The notes beneath the pieces were generated by a model that was given only the letters and a program-made list of their open reading frames with translations, did no database searches and was not told where the DNA came from. 64,000 nucleotides of DNA from Heteronotia binoei (lineage: Eukaryota). The stretch spans positions 36,022,001 to 36,086,000 of the forward strand of contig NC_083241.1 in NCBI RefSeq assembly GCF_032191835.1, given 5' to 3'. Position 1 is the first letter of the stretch, and each line of letters opens with the position of its first letter. The translations under genes and the position numbers were made by a program. Positions 1-13,372 of this stretch are shown here, piece by piece.

Positions 1-1239
1 CTGGAAGAGCTGGCGGATGATGTAGGATCCACCACATTCCACATCTGTGTGATCTGATCACAGCCCTTCTGATTTCTGGATTTCATATTGTCAGAGTCGT
101 CTGTCTGGACGAGCATTCTTTAAGCCACGAAGTTCCCAACCTGGCATACAAACATCTGGTTATTTTCTTTTGCACAGCACAAGTAAGGATATTACATGAA
201 CAGCACTAGACAGGAGTTGACGGTGGATTCAGAACCTTTAATTATACACCACTGCCTGCTCTCCCAGGGTCTAAAGCTGCCTTGCTATCAATTGACACAT
301 CGCAGACGTTCTGAGCTCTTCATAGCCGCGTGATCTTTTGTTTGATGGATCGGCCTCTGTCTAGCAAGTGGCAGCTGCCTTTTCATTAAAAGCTACGTTT
401 GAAATACTTCCACATGGCATATTTGGACTTGAAATGTCTTGTTCTTACCGCTGTATGAATAGGAGAGACCAAGATGTGTTCAAGGCAGTTAATAGCAGCT
501 ACAGGCTGCTCATTTTTCTCCATACAGGCTGCACCCCTGTGACCCTGTACTTAAAATTTGTGCAGACTATTGCTTGCTGAGGTTGCATGTAATGGCAGCC
601 CATGTAGGAGAATGTGCATGAACCCAAAGGCTTATCCACGCAGTACCAAACTGTAGTTTGGCATTTCATCGCAACTGCACCATTCAAAAAGAATACAAAT
701 TGAAAGATCTCCCAACTTTGCAGGGGTCTTTTCTTTCAGGAACCAGTGTTCTACCCAAGTTTAAGTATTCATCCTCAGCATAGCTCTTGTTTGGGCCAAA
801 TAACAGCTTGAGAAAACGTTGAAAAATGGAAACAAATACAAATGTAGTGGTTGTGTTTACACGTTGTGATAAACGGTGGTTTGTGCAAAAATCCCCCCAA
901 AAAACAAAAAATCCTTCCATGTCTAATCTACCAGATATGAGTAATAAATCTCTGCGTTCAAGTCTGTTTGCTTCTGGCTTCCTGTCTGCTTCCCAGCCGA
1001 ACGTACATTTTCCTGACACAATTGGATCTGCCGCTGCTCAACAAACTGTGGTTTGTGAACGCAGCTGTTGCAACACATCAAAATTAGTACCAACTGTGGA
1101 TAACAAACCAAGTATAAACTCTAATTTGAAATCCCAGACCATATTTGCTGGACAGTTTTCATTCAGATGTTACAACTAACTGCAGGTTGATCAAACCGTG
1201 GTCTGTAAGCAGTGTATCTCTGTGTCCGAATGCAGCTAA

Positions 1240-1790
1240 TATGGGAATTATACAGCTGATGATGAAAATAATTGAGATTGTAGAGGGTTTCTGTTTCTTG
1301 GCTTCGTCATCAACCAAAAAGGAGACTGCATTCAAGAACTCAGGGGTGAGTCCGGGAAGGTCAGCCATGAAGCCGCTAAAAAAGATTCTTAAGTGTAAGG
1401 ATGCGTCACTGTAGATATAGATCAAGATAATTCATGCCATAGTATTTCCTGTTACCATGGATGGGTGTGAAAGTTAGACAGTAGAGAAAGCTGACAGGAA
1501 GGAAGTTGATTAATTTGATTGTGGCATTGGAAGAGAGTTTTACAGATACCATGGACCGCCAAAAAAGGCAAATCAGTGGGTTGTAGATCAGATCAAGCCT
1601 GAACTCTCCCTAGAAGCTAAAATGTCTGAGACGATTGTACTTTGGTCGCATTTTGAGAAGATGAGAGTCACTGGAAAAGACAATAATGCTAGGAAAAGTT
1701 GAAGGTAACAGGAAAAAGACCCACCATGAGGTGAATTGACTCAAATCAATTGCAAAACCTGAGCAACTGGTTGGCCACTGCGTGAGGCTA
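1240..1790 (+). mobile_element. RTE/BovB-clade LINE 3' fragment
   Basis: Frameshifted peptides IEIVEGF.FLGFVINQKGDC, KILKCKDASL, WKRVLQIPWTAKK and SLEKTIMLGKVEG are typical of the RTE ORF C-terminus. Confidence 0.85.
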
Positions 1791-2307
1791 CCACTCCCCA
1801 GAGCAAAATTTGTTTACTTGTTTATGAATTAAAATACTTATACCCCACCTTTCTGTTGGGCTGAAGTTAGAAGCTTTTCTCCGATCTAAGGAGCTTTTAT
1901 CCAACTTAAGCAGCTTGTACATTGGAGGAAAAGCCTCTTAAGTTGGCAGAAGACTTTTTAGGCAGGAGGGAAGGGTGTTTGGAGAATAGTTGCATCCACC
2001 ATCAGTGGAAAGAAGTGGCGACAAGCTCCTTGGCGTCTGGGCTGCTAAATGGTATGCTGCAATGGTCCAGGTTTGGCCACTGGGCCACCAGTTAATGATG
2101 CCTACCCCAGAATATTGTTCTAGCAAATCTTACTTTGGAGATTTCTTTCCAACTGTGCAGCTGTGCCCTTGGTCACTAATCTTAAGATACCCCTTGCATC
2201 ATTTGGAAAGGCAGAACGTAGGAGAAGCCATGAGAGGGGCCATGGCTCAGTGGAAGAGCCTCTGTTTGGCATGCAAAAGGTCCCAAATCGAATCCCCAGC
2301 TAAGGAT

Positions 2308-2817
2308 CAGGGGTGTCCAAACTACGGCTCGGGAGTCACATGTGGCTCTTTCACACACATTGTGTGGCTCTTGGAGCCCCCACCACCCTGTTGGCTGGCG
2401 TAGAGAAAGCATTTGTCACTTTAAATCACTTCGCCAAACTAGCCAGTGGCTTCGAGAATGCATTTAAAGTTAAAGTTGCTTTCTTTCCACATCTACCTCC
2501 CTCCTCTCTTCCCATCTATTTGTCTTCCTCCCTTCCCACCTACCTCACAGGGTGTCTGTTGTGGGGGGAGAAGATTTAGGAGATTGTAAGCCGTCCTGAG
2601 TCTCTGATTCAAAGAGAANNNNNNNNNNNNNNNNNNNNNNNNNNNNNNNNNNNNNNNNNNNNNNNNNNNNNNNNNNNNNNNNNNNNNNNNNNNNNNNNNN
2701 NNNNNNNNNNNNNNNNNNNNNNNNNNNNNNNNNNNNNNNNNNNNNNNNNNNNNNNNNNNNNNNNNNNNNNNNNNNNNTCTATTTGGCTCTTACGTTAAGC
2801 AAGTTTGGCCACCCCTG
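2308..2817. mobile_element. hAT MITE (CAGGGGTG ends) spanning N-gap 2619-2777, nested in a tRNA SINE
   Basis: TIR-like ends. Internal sequence shared with 13373-13869. Confidence 0.75.
2619..2777. other. assembly gap (N-run)
   Basis: 159 N. Confidence 0.98.
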
Positions 2818-3637
2818 TAGTAGATTATCTGAAAGACCTCTGCCTGAGACCCAATAGAGCTGCTGTCAGTCTTAGACAATACTGATCTTGACACACCAAG
2901 GGTCTGATTCAGTATAAAACAGCTTCATGGTCGTTCATCCTTCACGTGGACCAGTTGTGTGTGGTGTGAATTGACCATAGAGGACTTCCTACTCTGTCAG
3001 ATATCTTTCCTGTGTATCTTTTAAAAAAGCATTCTCAGTCTCTGTAGTAGTCATGATTTAGTTTTTAAAAATTGCAATCTGGGGGGCATGTGAGGAATAT
3101 GTAGGGGTTGTGCATAGAAGCTCCCTAGATTTTAGTTTCTGCAAGCTCTTTGGGACTTGCAGCCTGAATTCTCACCTCCCCCCCCCCCCCCGCTTTTAAG
3201 TGTCTCTTGGCTGCTGTCAGCATTCATTCCTCATTGGTGCATGGTGGGTAGATAATTTAACCATTTTTTGTTAAGTATTTTGGGAATCCCACAAGGATAG
3301 TGCATGGGTGTCCTCATTTTGCTGTTTTTATGGATGGCAAGTGCAGCTAGTGGTCAGAGTGTCAGACTAGGACCTGGGAGAACCAGGTTCGAATCCCAGC
3401 TCTACCGTGGAAGCTTGCAGGGTGACCTTGGGCCAGTCGCACACACTCTGCCTAACCTGCCTCTCACAAAGTTGTTGCGAAGATAAAATGGAGGAAAGAG
3501 AACAGTGGAAACTGCCTTGGGTTGCCGTTGGGCGAAATGGAGGAAGTCAGTTGGCAGAACAGCCAGTCACTTTACTGTTAAACTATATGTATTGTGGTTT
3601 TGTTTAACTAATTTTTTTTTTTAAAGATACCTTTAAG

Positions 3638-3819
3638 TAGGGTTTTTTTTGTATCAGGAACTCCTTTGCATATTAGGTCACACACCCTTGATGTAGCCAA
3701 TCCTCCAAGAGTTTACAGGACTCTTAGTACAGGGCCTACTGTAAGCTCCAGGAGGATTGGCTACATCAGGGGTGTGTGGCCTAATTTGCAAAGGATTTCC
3801 TGCTACAAAAAAAGCCCTG
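3638..3819. mobile_element. palindromic hAT MITE
   Basis: Near-perfect fold-back over its whole length. Perfect 8-bp TSD CCTTTAAG (3630-3637, 3820-3827). Confidence 0.92.
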
Positions 3820-4698
3820 CCTTTAAGATCAGTTTGAAATAATACCTTTTATGTAGGTGATGGATAATTAAGAACATGCCTGGACTTCTCTGCACCCCAG
3901 TCCCTCTATTCTTTTGTATTATATATGCCCCCCCCACTCCAGCTGTTGAACCATCTTGTATAGCCTGTTAATGTCTTCTCCATGCCCCCTGAATTCTGCA
4001 CAGCAGACAGGGGAAATTTGCAAGATCAGTGCACATGGAATTGTTTTCATCGGGGTGTGTGAAATCCTTTCTTAACTCTTCAGAACGTCCTTTTGGGGTT
4101 ACTGCTTCATGCAGTAGTGCAGTAGAAGTCCCAGGAAGACCCTTGTGTCTCCTGAAATGTTGTCTTTGTGGCCCCATTTTTGTTTGTGATGACCAAAAAG
4201 CCTTATGTTCCTCCCAGAGGGTTGGAGACTTGGAATTTTACGTTGGTCTGTTAGAGCGTGTATTGTAAGCATCTTGCCTTCCTGAGGGACCCATTTTTTA
4301 ATAACTGTGATCATGGCTGCAATCTCCAAGGTAATGCATCTTGTAGGATGTGACTCTTTGGTACAGTTTCTTCAGAGAGAAGATCAAAGTGTACTAATAA
4401 TAGGCTAAAAATGGGAGCAGTTAATCAGATTATTCTGGAATTCAGATGAGAACTGAATGTAAATCGTGTAGGCTTAGTATGACAATCCTGTGTTTGTAAC
4501 GGGGAAAATTAAGACAGGAAATCGTTAGACCAAGGATCTGTCTTACACAGCGCTTCCATAGACTCACAGATGGAGTGCAGTGGAACTTGCTGTTGGTTAT
4601 CCCTGCGTTTCGTTATCTGAGGGATACAGCCTCTAAGCGTAGAGGCTCTCTTTCAGTTTTCATGGCTTACAACCACTAATTGACTTATGCTTCTAGTG

Positions 4699-5213
4699 CA
4701 GGGGTGGGGAACGTCAGGCCCGAGGGCCGTTTATGGCCTTCGAGATCACTTGGTCTGGCCCTCGAGGCTTGCTGGGCCGAGCCCCCCCCTCTCTCATGGC
4801 ATTGTGAAGGTATGTGGGTGCCTTTAAAGGTCTGCTGGAAACAGCTGAAGGGTGGCAGGGGTGGGGGGTGGGAGCCAGCTACCACCAGTTCAGTTTGCAC
4901 ATGATTATCTCAGATGGTGTGGCCTAATATGCTAATGAGCGTGAGTCCTAATATACTAATATTAGGGGATGTGATCTTATACGCCTGGACTTAGATATTT
5001 GCCTAGGGTGGCGGGTCAGTGTACGCGCGCGCTGAATTAGGCTCTCCCCACATGACTTCAAATAGAAAAACAATTATTTGCATTAATTTTGCCCGCCTGA
5101 ATCGTTCTCCCTCGACGGAGCACTGTTTTTTAAGTTGATAATTTTGTATGACCCGCAAATGATGTTCTAAATATCTAAATGGCCCTTGGCAGAAAAAAGG
5201 TTCCCCACTCCTG
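4699..5213. mobile_element. hAT (Charlie-like) MITE
   Basis: TIRs CAGGGGTGGGGAAC / GTTCCCCACTCCTG. Perfect TSD TTCTAGTG (4691-4698, 5214-5221). Confidence 0.92.
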
Positions 5214-5655
5214 TTCTAGTGTAACATGTTGGGAAATCTTTCTTTACTTTTGGGAATGCCTCCTTTTTTTCTCTTCCTGCTCTAAGGAGGCTCCTGGGTG
5301 TTAAGAGTGAGACCCAGGTTCAAGTCCACATTCAAATTGATTCTGCATTAGCTTTTGTCCTGGTCTCGTTCTTGATTCTCATGTTTGTGCAGGGCAGAAA
5401 ACATGCAGTCCCACTCCAGAGATGCCAATGCAGAATCCAGGAAAAAGAGTTGCCATAAGAACCCTGCACAAAAGGGAGGCAAATGCTAAATGCGAGTCAG
5501 TCTCAGTCATAAGGCTTACTGGATGCGATTGACCAACCCCACTCTCCTCTCTCCGCCTAGCCTGCCTCTCAGAATGGTGATGGCAGAAAGCCCTGTTAAG
5601 TGACAGCTGACTTATGGTGACAGCATATAAGGTGTATAAGGACCTGATATATTTT

Positions 5656-6158
5656 GTCATAAGTCGCAGCTGACTTATGGCCACCCTGTAGGGTTCTCAA
5701 GGCAAGAGATGTTCAGAGCCGGTTTGCCATTTTCTACCTCTGCGTATTGACCTTGGACTTCATTGGTGATCTCCCTTCCAGATACCAACCAGGGTTGACC
5801 CTATTTAGCTTCCAAGATTTGACAAGATTGGATGACCTGGGCCATCCAGGTCACAGCAAACAAACAAAGGTGGTTTGCCCACTGCCTGTCTCTGCATATT
5901 GACCCTGCACTTCCTTGGTGGTCCCCTATCCAAGAACTAACCCAGGTCAAACCTGCTTAGCTTCCAAGTTCTGATGAGATCAGGCTAGCTTGGGCTATCT
6001 AGGTCAGAGCAAATAAACAGAGGTGGTTTGCTGTTTTCCCCCTCTATGTAGTGCCCATGGACTTCCTTGGTGGTCTTCCACCAAAATATTAATTGGGGCC
6101 AACCCTGCTTGGCTTCCAAGATCTGGTGAGACTGGCTTAGCCTGGGCCATCCAGGGCA
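5656..6158 (-). repeat. three tandem 5S-rRNA-headed SINE copies
   Basis: Pieces at 5656-5856, 5866-6008 and 6021-6158, each containing the reverse complement of a 5S-like GAAGCTAAGCAGGG...GGTTAGT..TTGGAT core. Confidence 0.75.
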
Positions 6159-6249
6159 GGGGCAGGGTAGAAGTGGATGTGTGCTGTCCTGAGCTCCTTG
6201 CCAGAAGGGTGTGATAAAAACCAAATAAATACACACCAGATGTGGAGAT

Positions 6250-7053
6250 AGGGATGGGCACAAACCAAATTACAAACCAGAATCCCAGGTCATGGTTTGT
6301 GAACCTGGTTCGTACCATACCTCTCCAAGCCCACATTGACCTCCCAGATGGTTCATGTCAACAGACGCACTGGTGCTAATGGCAGGGCTTCGAGAAGGCA
6401 TTTTTAATATCTTTAAATGCCTTCTCCAAGTGGCAGCGCAGCTTGCAAAAATAATTTTAAATGGTTTTTGCAAGCTGCCATGGCGGTGTGACTGAACATG
6501 TGAACTGGGAAGGCAAATGCCTTCTTAATTCACTTGTGAGTTGCACCATGGTGGTGGCACAACTCTGTGAGCCAACTAAGAAGAAGATGATGATATTGGA
6601 TTTATATCCCGCCCTATACTCTGAATCTCAGAGTTTCAGAACAGTCACATTCTCCTTTACCTCCCTACCCCTCCCCAACAGACACCCTGTGAGGTAGGTG
6701 AGGCTAAGAGAGCCCTTACGGCAGCTGCCCTTTCAAGGACAACTACAAAAGCTGTGGCTGACCCAAGGCCATTCCAGCAGGTGTAAGTGGAGGAGTGGAG
6801 AATCAAATCTGGTTCTCCCAGATAAGAGTCCGCACACTTAACCACTACACCAAACTGGCTCTCAAAGGCATCTTTCTCCCCCCTCCATTCTGCTGGCATC
6901 AAGGAGCTGCTACCAGCAGAAGGGAGAGAAGATCCATGAACCTCATGAACCTAAATTGATTCGCAAAGCAGGGGAGGTTCATGCCGATTTGTGAGACCTC
7001 ACAAACCACAAACTGGGACAAACCTCCATTTTCCCAGTTCATGCCCATCCCTA
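6250..7053. mobile_element. MITE with TAGGGATGGGCA TIRs, interrupted by a Squam3-like SINE
   Basis: Inverted 12-mers at 6250 and 7042-7053. No clean TSD. Confidence 0.6.
6578..6862 (-). mobile_element. Squam3-like tRNA-headed SINE with L2-type tail
   Basis: Minus-strand A-box TGGTGTAGTGG, B-box-like GATTTGATTCTCC and tail GGGCGGGATATAAAT..(TCT)n. The family name is from recollection. Confidence 0.85.
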
Positions 7054-7344
7054 GTAGAGATATCTACAGCCTTCTCAGTGGCTCCCAATTTATGGAACTG
7101 AGAGTCTTACTTTTGGATATGGTTCTTGGTGGCAGAAAGTGCTATCAAGTCACAACTGATTTATGGTGACCCCATAGGACTTTTGAGGCAAGAGATGTCC
7201 AGAAGCATGTGCTATTGTTTGCTTCTGCATTGCAACTCTGTAATTCCTTGGTGGACTTCTAGCCAAATACTAACCAGGGCTGACCCTGCTGAACTTCAAG
7301 AGGTCTGATGAGATCAGGCTAGCCTCGGTCGTTCAGGTCAAGGT

Positions 7345-7550
7345 CAGTGTTCCCTCTAAGCTGAGTTAGTGTGAGCTAGCTCACAGTTCTTTAACCTCCG
7401 GATCACACATTTTTGTCTTAGCTCAGGAAGCATGGTCTCAGAGCAAATGAATTTATGCAGTAGCCAAATTGCTCCCTTGCAACTTCAATGTCAGTAGCTC
7501 ACGAAGTAGAATGTTTGCACAAAAGACTCCACAGCTTAGAGGGAGCATTG
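7345..7550. mobile_element. hAT MITE (CAGTGTTCCCTCTAAG family)
   Basis: TIRs; 6/8 TSD; same family as 26610-26803. Confidence 0.85.
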
Positions 7551-8774
7551 GTCAGGGCATATGGTTTTTAGCAGTTTCCATGACTAGTACTTTCTGCTGA
7601 TGCTTCTGTCCCAGGACTCATTCCCAGCAAGCATTGTATGGGTGTTGCTTGTCCATTAGGTGTCTCTGTACGAGTGTGTTTCAAAAGCCACCCAAAGGGA
7701 TGAATGAACCACAGTCTCGAAGCTTAAAAGCATTTCATGACATTGTGCTTATTGAAAAGAGTCGCTGCTCTTTTGGTCTCCTAAAATAATCTGATTGGAG
7801 AGGAATGAGGATAACCTGTCATTTTTCTTTTTTAGTAAATTAATTAGGAACTGGTTTCCTTCTGAAACGCATTCTTTTGTGTCTCAAACAATGATCAAGT
7901 GATTCCTACAACACGTTTCTTATATTTTGCCTGCTACTTTCAAGAGAATAGCAACTCAGTCCTTGTAATGACATATTCTCTTTTTTGCAGTTGTGCCCTC
8001 TTTTTCTGTGCTTCCCGAACATTTTCTTTAGCTTCTTTGCTTCTCTTTTATACATTACCCAAATAACTAATGAGTCAATTAACTCCATTTAGGCTTTGCT
8101 AATTGGGGCATGATCAGGCTTTCACAACTTGCTTAATTGTGAAAACTTGATCGTGCCCCAATTAGCTAAGCTTATTCCATATGCTCATGCGAATGCTGAA
8201 AATCAATAGCTTTTTATTTTAAGGCGTTACTTGTTTCTATCCTGAGAAGAGCCAGAAAAAGCAACAAAGGTTCAAGACACAATTTGAGCAAGCCCTTAGT
8301 ACGGCAAGCCATTGTAAAATAAGACAAATGGTCTGAAATCTGATAGCACCTTTTTCAGTGGTGAAAGAGAAATAAAACACCTTGGGGTCTCATAACTTTC
8401 TGTTAAGCATCAGTTGCTGTGCAAGAGAAAGTTTAACTTGTGGCACATAAATAAATATAGGGGATACACTCAGAGGAAGTGCTTTGCATTCTGGTCTGTG
8501 GCCCCCCCATTAAAGGATTTCAGCTAGCGGGTGTTAAGAAAGATCATTCTCTGTGGCATGAGGTCATAGAGAGCATCTGCCAGTCAGAGTGGGCGATAAT
8601 GAGAAAGATGGACTAACAATTTTTATAGCCTTCTCTTCCTGTTGTGGATCCTACTCCTGTGCCAAAAAGCTTTGGCAAGGTAGTGAGAGCCCCACCACAC
8701 ACACACAATTTGTAACTCTGCAATTCTTAAAAGTCTTCAAGGCTTTCTGAGATCTGACTTTGGCAATCCTCCCT

Positions 8775-9012
8775 GGCCAGCGTGGTATAGTGGTTAAGAG
8801 CGGTGGACTGTAATCTGGAGAACTGAGTCTGATTCCACACAAAGCCTGCTGATTGCTCTTGGGCCAGTCATAGTTCTTTCAGAACTCTCTCAGCCCCACC
8901 TTCCTCACAAGGTGCCTTTTGTGGGGAAAAGAAAGAAAGGTGGTTGTAATCCACTTTGAGACTCCTTGGGGTAGAGAAAAGTGGGATATAAAAACCCAGG
9001 TTTTCTTCTTCT
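8775..9012 (+). mobile_element. Squam3-like SINE
   Basis: Same family. Further copies at ~3335-3565, 26070-26220, 28207-28470, 51640-51845, 62645-62862 and 63330-63497 (all +), and 13880-14025 (-). Confidence 0.75.
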
Positions 9013-9080
9013 ATCAAAAGTTTTGTATTGGTTCTTGCAGCTCCCTGTTTATGATGTGTGGGGAGGAGAAGGGGAGAGAG

Positions 9081-9576
9081 TAGGGTTGTCAGGTCCAGTG
9101 CAAGAAATATCTGGGGACTTTGGAGGTGGAGCCAGAAGCAAGGTTGTGACAAGCATAATTGAACTCCAAAGGGAGTTCTGGCCTTCACATTTAAAGGGAC
9201 CACACACCTTTTAAATGCCTTCCCTCCATTGGAAATAACAAAGGATAGGGGTGCCTTCTTTTGGAGCTCATAGAATTGGACCCCCAGGTCCAATCCTTTT
9301 GAAACTTGAAGGGTATTTTGGGGAGAGGCACTGGATGCTGTGCTGAAAATCTGGTGCCTCTACCTAAAAAAACAAACAAAAAAAACGCCAGTCCCCCCAG
9401 AGCCCCAGATACCATTGGATCAATTCTCCATTATTCCCACAGGAATCAGTCTCCATAATGGAGTGCCCAGCAGACGTTTCCCTCCCCCCCCCCACACTTT
9501 CTGATGACTCTAAAACAGGGGGAGGGCCTCCAAACTGGGGCATTCCCCTGCCTCCACCTGGGGATTGGTAACCCTA
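9081..9576. mobile_element. hAT Blackjack-like MITE (TAGGGTTG(C/T)CA ends)
   Basis: TIRs at both ends. Internal sequence shared with 16195-16600. Confidence 0.8.
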
Positions 9577-10003
9577 AGAGAAAGAGATAGCAGAACGACA
9601 ATGTATATGTGTGCTGGTGGGACTTCTTTGCACTGTAATCTTTGCATAGTCTGCTGCCTGCCTCCTCAAACTTCTCATGGTATGTCTCCTACAAAGTGGG
9701 TTGCCAAGTGAGAGTGTTGAGATTCCTTTCTATTCCTCTTTAAATGTAACTTCCCACGAAATTTGTGTTGGGAGGGGTGGATAGGCTCTGAAGAGTTGTT
9801 TGAACGTTTAGCAACAAGCAAAATCACTCATGAGAACCTTGTTTGCGAGATGCACTGAAGTGGAGTGATGTGCTGCTGTGCTCTCACCTCTGAGAAGGAA
9901 GCAAGCAAGTTCCATCCTAAACAGAGTTCCACCCTTCTAAGTCCACTGCAGTTAATAGCCTTAGGAGGAGTGAAACGACAGAAACTAGCAGCGATATCAG
10001 TCA

Positions 10004-10870
10004 TACCATCTCAGGTTCATACTCCTGTTCATCTAATGTGATTTATGTCATCTTGTGTCAGCAATGCCCTTCCACCTTCTACATTGGACAAACAGGCCAG
10101 TCCTTACGACAGATAATAAGTTGACATCAGTCTGACATTAGAAACCACAGCATTTAAAACCCAGAGGGGGGGGAATGGCATTTTAACCTTCCAGGACATT
10201 CAGTTGCTGACCTAAGAGTAGCAGTTCTCTTACAAAGGAATTTCAAAGAGAGACTAGAAAGACAGACAGCTGAATTGCAACTGATAATGGAACTCAAGAT
10301 GATACATCCTCCTGGACTGAATCAAGACTTAGATTTTCCTCCTCATTACCAATGTTGGTTTCCCCACACCTACCTGCATATCACACCTAATCCCATCATG
10401 CTTACTATTGTCATTCACCTGTTATTGTCATTTGCCCGCTATTGTCATGTGCTAACTAAAATTGCTCCACACTCTCCAAAATGTAATTATAAACAGATGG
10501 ACTCACATACCTCTGTGCTTTTGAATGAGGCAGCAGACATCACAAATCCATCTTGGCCTCCCCCTCTGACAATGCTGGCCTCCGACTAGCCCAAACTGAG
10601 CATCATTGTTGAGGCAAACCCACTCTGACTGTTGTTTTGATAGTAACATGATTTTAATTAATTAAATTGTACTGATATTGTGTGACTTGTAAACCTGCCT
10701 TGCGCCCACTTGCGGGGAGGGTGGGATAAAAATAGAAGAAAATAAATTCTAGCTGTATCTGAAGAAGGGAGCAGTCACTCACAAAAGTTCCTAACCCATT
10801 ACAAATTTTGTTCATCTGTAAAATGCTACTTGGAGTCTTGGGTTTTCCACTGCTACAGACAAACACAGCT
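10004..10870 (+). mobile_element. Penelope-like element 3' fragment: GIY-YIG endonuclease + pseudo-LTR remnant
   Basis: Translation from 10005: SNVIYVILCQQCPSTFYIGQTGQSLRQ...HFNLPGHS...ELQLIMELKMIHPPGLNQDLDF with two in-frame stops. Degenerate hammerhead-like CTGAAGAAGGGAG...CTCACAAAAG at 10759-10788. Confidence 0.85.
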
Positions 10871-12045
10871 TGATCTATTGCCATGAGGGGTAAAGCTGTT
10901 TGGGTCTGGGTTAGCACTGGAAGGTCACCTAAAGCCAGTGATTACTTAGTCCCCGTAATATGTAAATTACCATGCAGGCCCAGACTAGCCCAATCAGTTC
11001 TTAGAAGCTAAGCAGGGTCAGCCCAGGTTAGTATTTGGGTGGGAGACCACTAAGGAAGTCCAGGATAGCTAAGCAGAGGCAGGCAATGGCAATCCACCTT
11101 CATTCATTTCTTTCCTTGAAAACCCTATGGGATAGTCATAAATTGGCTGCAACTTAATGGCTTTTTCCATCACATGAACACATGAATTTGTCTTATACTG
11201 AATCAGACCCTCAGTCTGTCAAAGTCAGCATTGTCTACTCAGACTGGCAGTGGATCTCCAGGGTCTACAGCAGAGGTCTCTCAGATAACCTACTACCTCA
11301 TCCGCTAAATTGGAGGTGCAAGGCTTTGAACCTGGGACCTTCTGCACTGATCCACGGCCTTTACCACCAATGTGTAGATTCTCCCTTGTCTCAGCACTGC
11401 ACAGCAGTTAGCAGTCAAACCTATCTTGGAGTTTGCTGACCTCAGAAGTTGAAAGCAGAGTTGCACCTCTGAATTCAGTGATGTGCAGTAAGCCACGGAG
11501 ACCATCTGAAGCATAAGGCAAGAGATTGAATGCTACAGTCGACTGAATTGCTTGATCTAGCTAAGCAAATGAGTTACCATATGGGGTGCCCATAAGAAGG
11601 AGATGTAGCTGTTTGCAAATGTAGTGTCTTAAAAAGCGAGGCCATTTGTCATCAAAGCTGAACTAAAAAGTGAGTTGTGTTTGAGATAAGGTCGCTGTAT
11701 TTCATATTAACCTGGTGCCGTTATGCAGCTGGCCTTTGAGAGATATATTTCATGCTACAACTTCATTCATACTAAATGCATCCTTCCCAGAATGGTGCCC
11801 ACAAGTGTTAATGATTGATGGAAAGTAACTCAGAACTAGCAGATTTCATTTCCAGTGCTGTGGCTTTTCATACAAAGGTCTGTGGATTTTTTGGCGTTTT
11901 GGTTGCTGCTTATTGTATTTGACATCCCTGAGGTGGCTGAGAAATGCTGAAGTCTGGTCATAAGTAAAAAAAAAAGTGCTTTATGTGATGCTAAACCATC
12001 GCCCCCCCACCCCAGCATTGCATTATTTACAATATGTGGCAGCTT

Positions 12046-12290
12046 TAGGATGATGTTAAATTGGAGTTGATGTCAAGGGTTACCAACACTCCAGATGGTG
12101 GCTGGACATCTGATATTACAACTGTTCTCCAGGCGGAGACCAGTTCGACTGGAAAATGTGGTTGCTTTGAAAGGTGAACTCTATGGTACTGTATTCCATT
12201 GAAGTCTCTTAACTCTGCAAATTCCACCCTCCTCAGGCTCCATCCCCAAAAATCTCCGGGTACTTCCCAACCCAGAGTTGGCAACCCTAC
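12046..12290. mobile_element. decayed Blackjack-like MITE (family also at 35152-35760 and ~61530-61745)
   Basis: TTGGCAACCCTA right end and shared internal sequence. Confidence 0.55.
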
Positions 12291-13372
12291 AACTGTCACA
12301 GGGGGAATGTCCCAGTCTGTTTCTGGGATGGCTGTGACTGAGTTTAACATTTCACATACACCTTGCTGCACATCTATTCACTGATTTCTTGCATGATTTG
12401 GCCCTTAGCGCTACGCTACCTCTTAAATGTAAGATGAAACCACGCAGTTAAGTCCATAATGCTTCCCCACTTAATTCAGTTGTCCAACATTAAATAGCAG
12501 TTATCTTAAAATGATACACTCATTAGGTAATGTGAGTTCCTTGCCTCTCCTCCTTTCTAATCAGTCATTGAATATTCTTGCTGCAGTTTGAACTATCTTT
12601 CTTTGTCATAACCTTAACTCTAACTCCATCTCCAGTATAGCTGAACAGATCAGTTTTGGGAGATGTTAAAATCTAGAAACATAATGAGAGTTACCGAGAT
12701 TTAATACAGATGGGTTAATGAACGCTAGCTAATTTCTATCTGTTGTTAGAATTTCTCGGTTTCTCCTTAACCTGGCTTGAAGGCAAAGGTTATAAATAAC
12801 ACAGAACACTGAGTGTTTTACTTCATTCTCCCAAATGTGAGGGGAAGAATGCCGGGTGGATTTGATCTGTGTCACTTTTCAGGCATGGCTGGAAAAAAAA
12901 TGCTGCATCCAAATGCGCGCCCAAAGATTTCTCATTTCAGTTTTCCTTTGATCCTTCGCCAGATTAATCTGTAGGTGTTAGATCTCCTTTCTGTGCAGTT
13001 AATGTTATATCAGAATAGCTTCCATTTTATTAGGGTTCTGCAATGGGAGAAATCCACGCCTGTATATATAATTCCACAAACATGTAAGATCTATTGTTTC
13101 TCCAAGCAACAATTGCTGTTCCTTTCTGAAAGTTTTTTTGGGGAGGTGGGTTAGGAAATTCTGCTGCTTCTAAAGCTTAGAGTAGCGTTCCCTAACATTG
13201 TGGCTTTGGGCACCATATTGCCCCCTGCTATTTCCCTTGGCATCCATCAGGCTTGGTACCCACTAGGCACGTAGGGCTCATTATTGGCTGTTCTCATTCA
13301 TATGAAAGGGTTTTCCATTGGAGGATGAAGAGGACTGGGTAGGCGTCTGGTCTTTCCTTAGTCAGTTTAGAA

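Noticed and set aside
1-1240. ORFs 368-580, 684-1019 and 826-1179 as a possible host exon or pseudogene
   Set aside because: No recognisable protein in any frame, frequent stops, and no convincing splice sites. The adjacent ORFs at 1145 and 1159 are partly explained by the RTE fragment.
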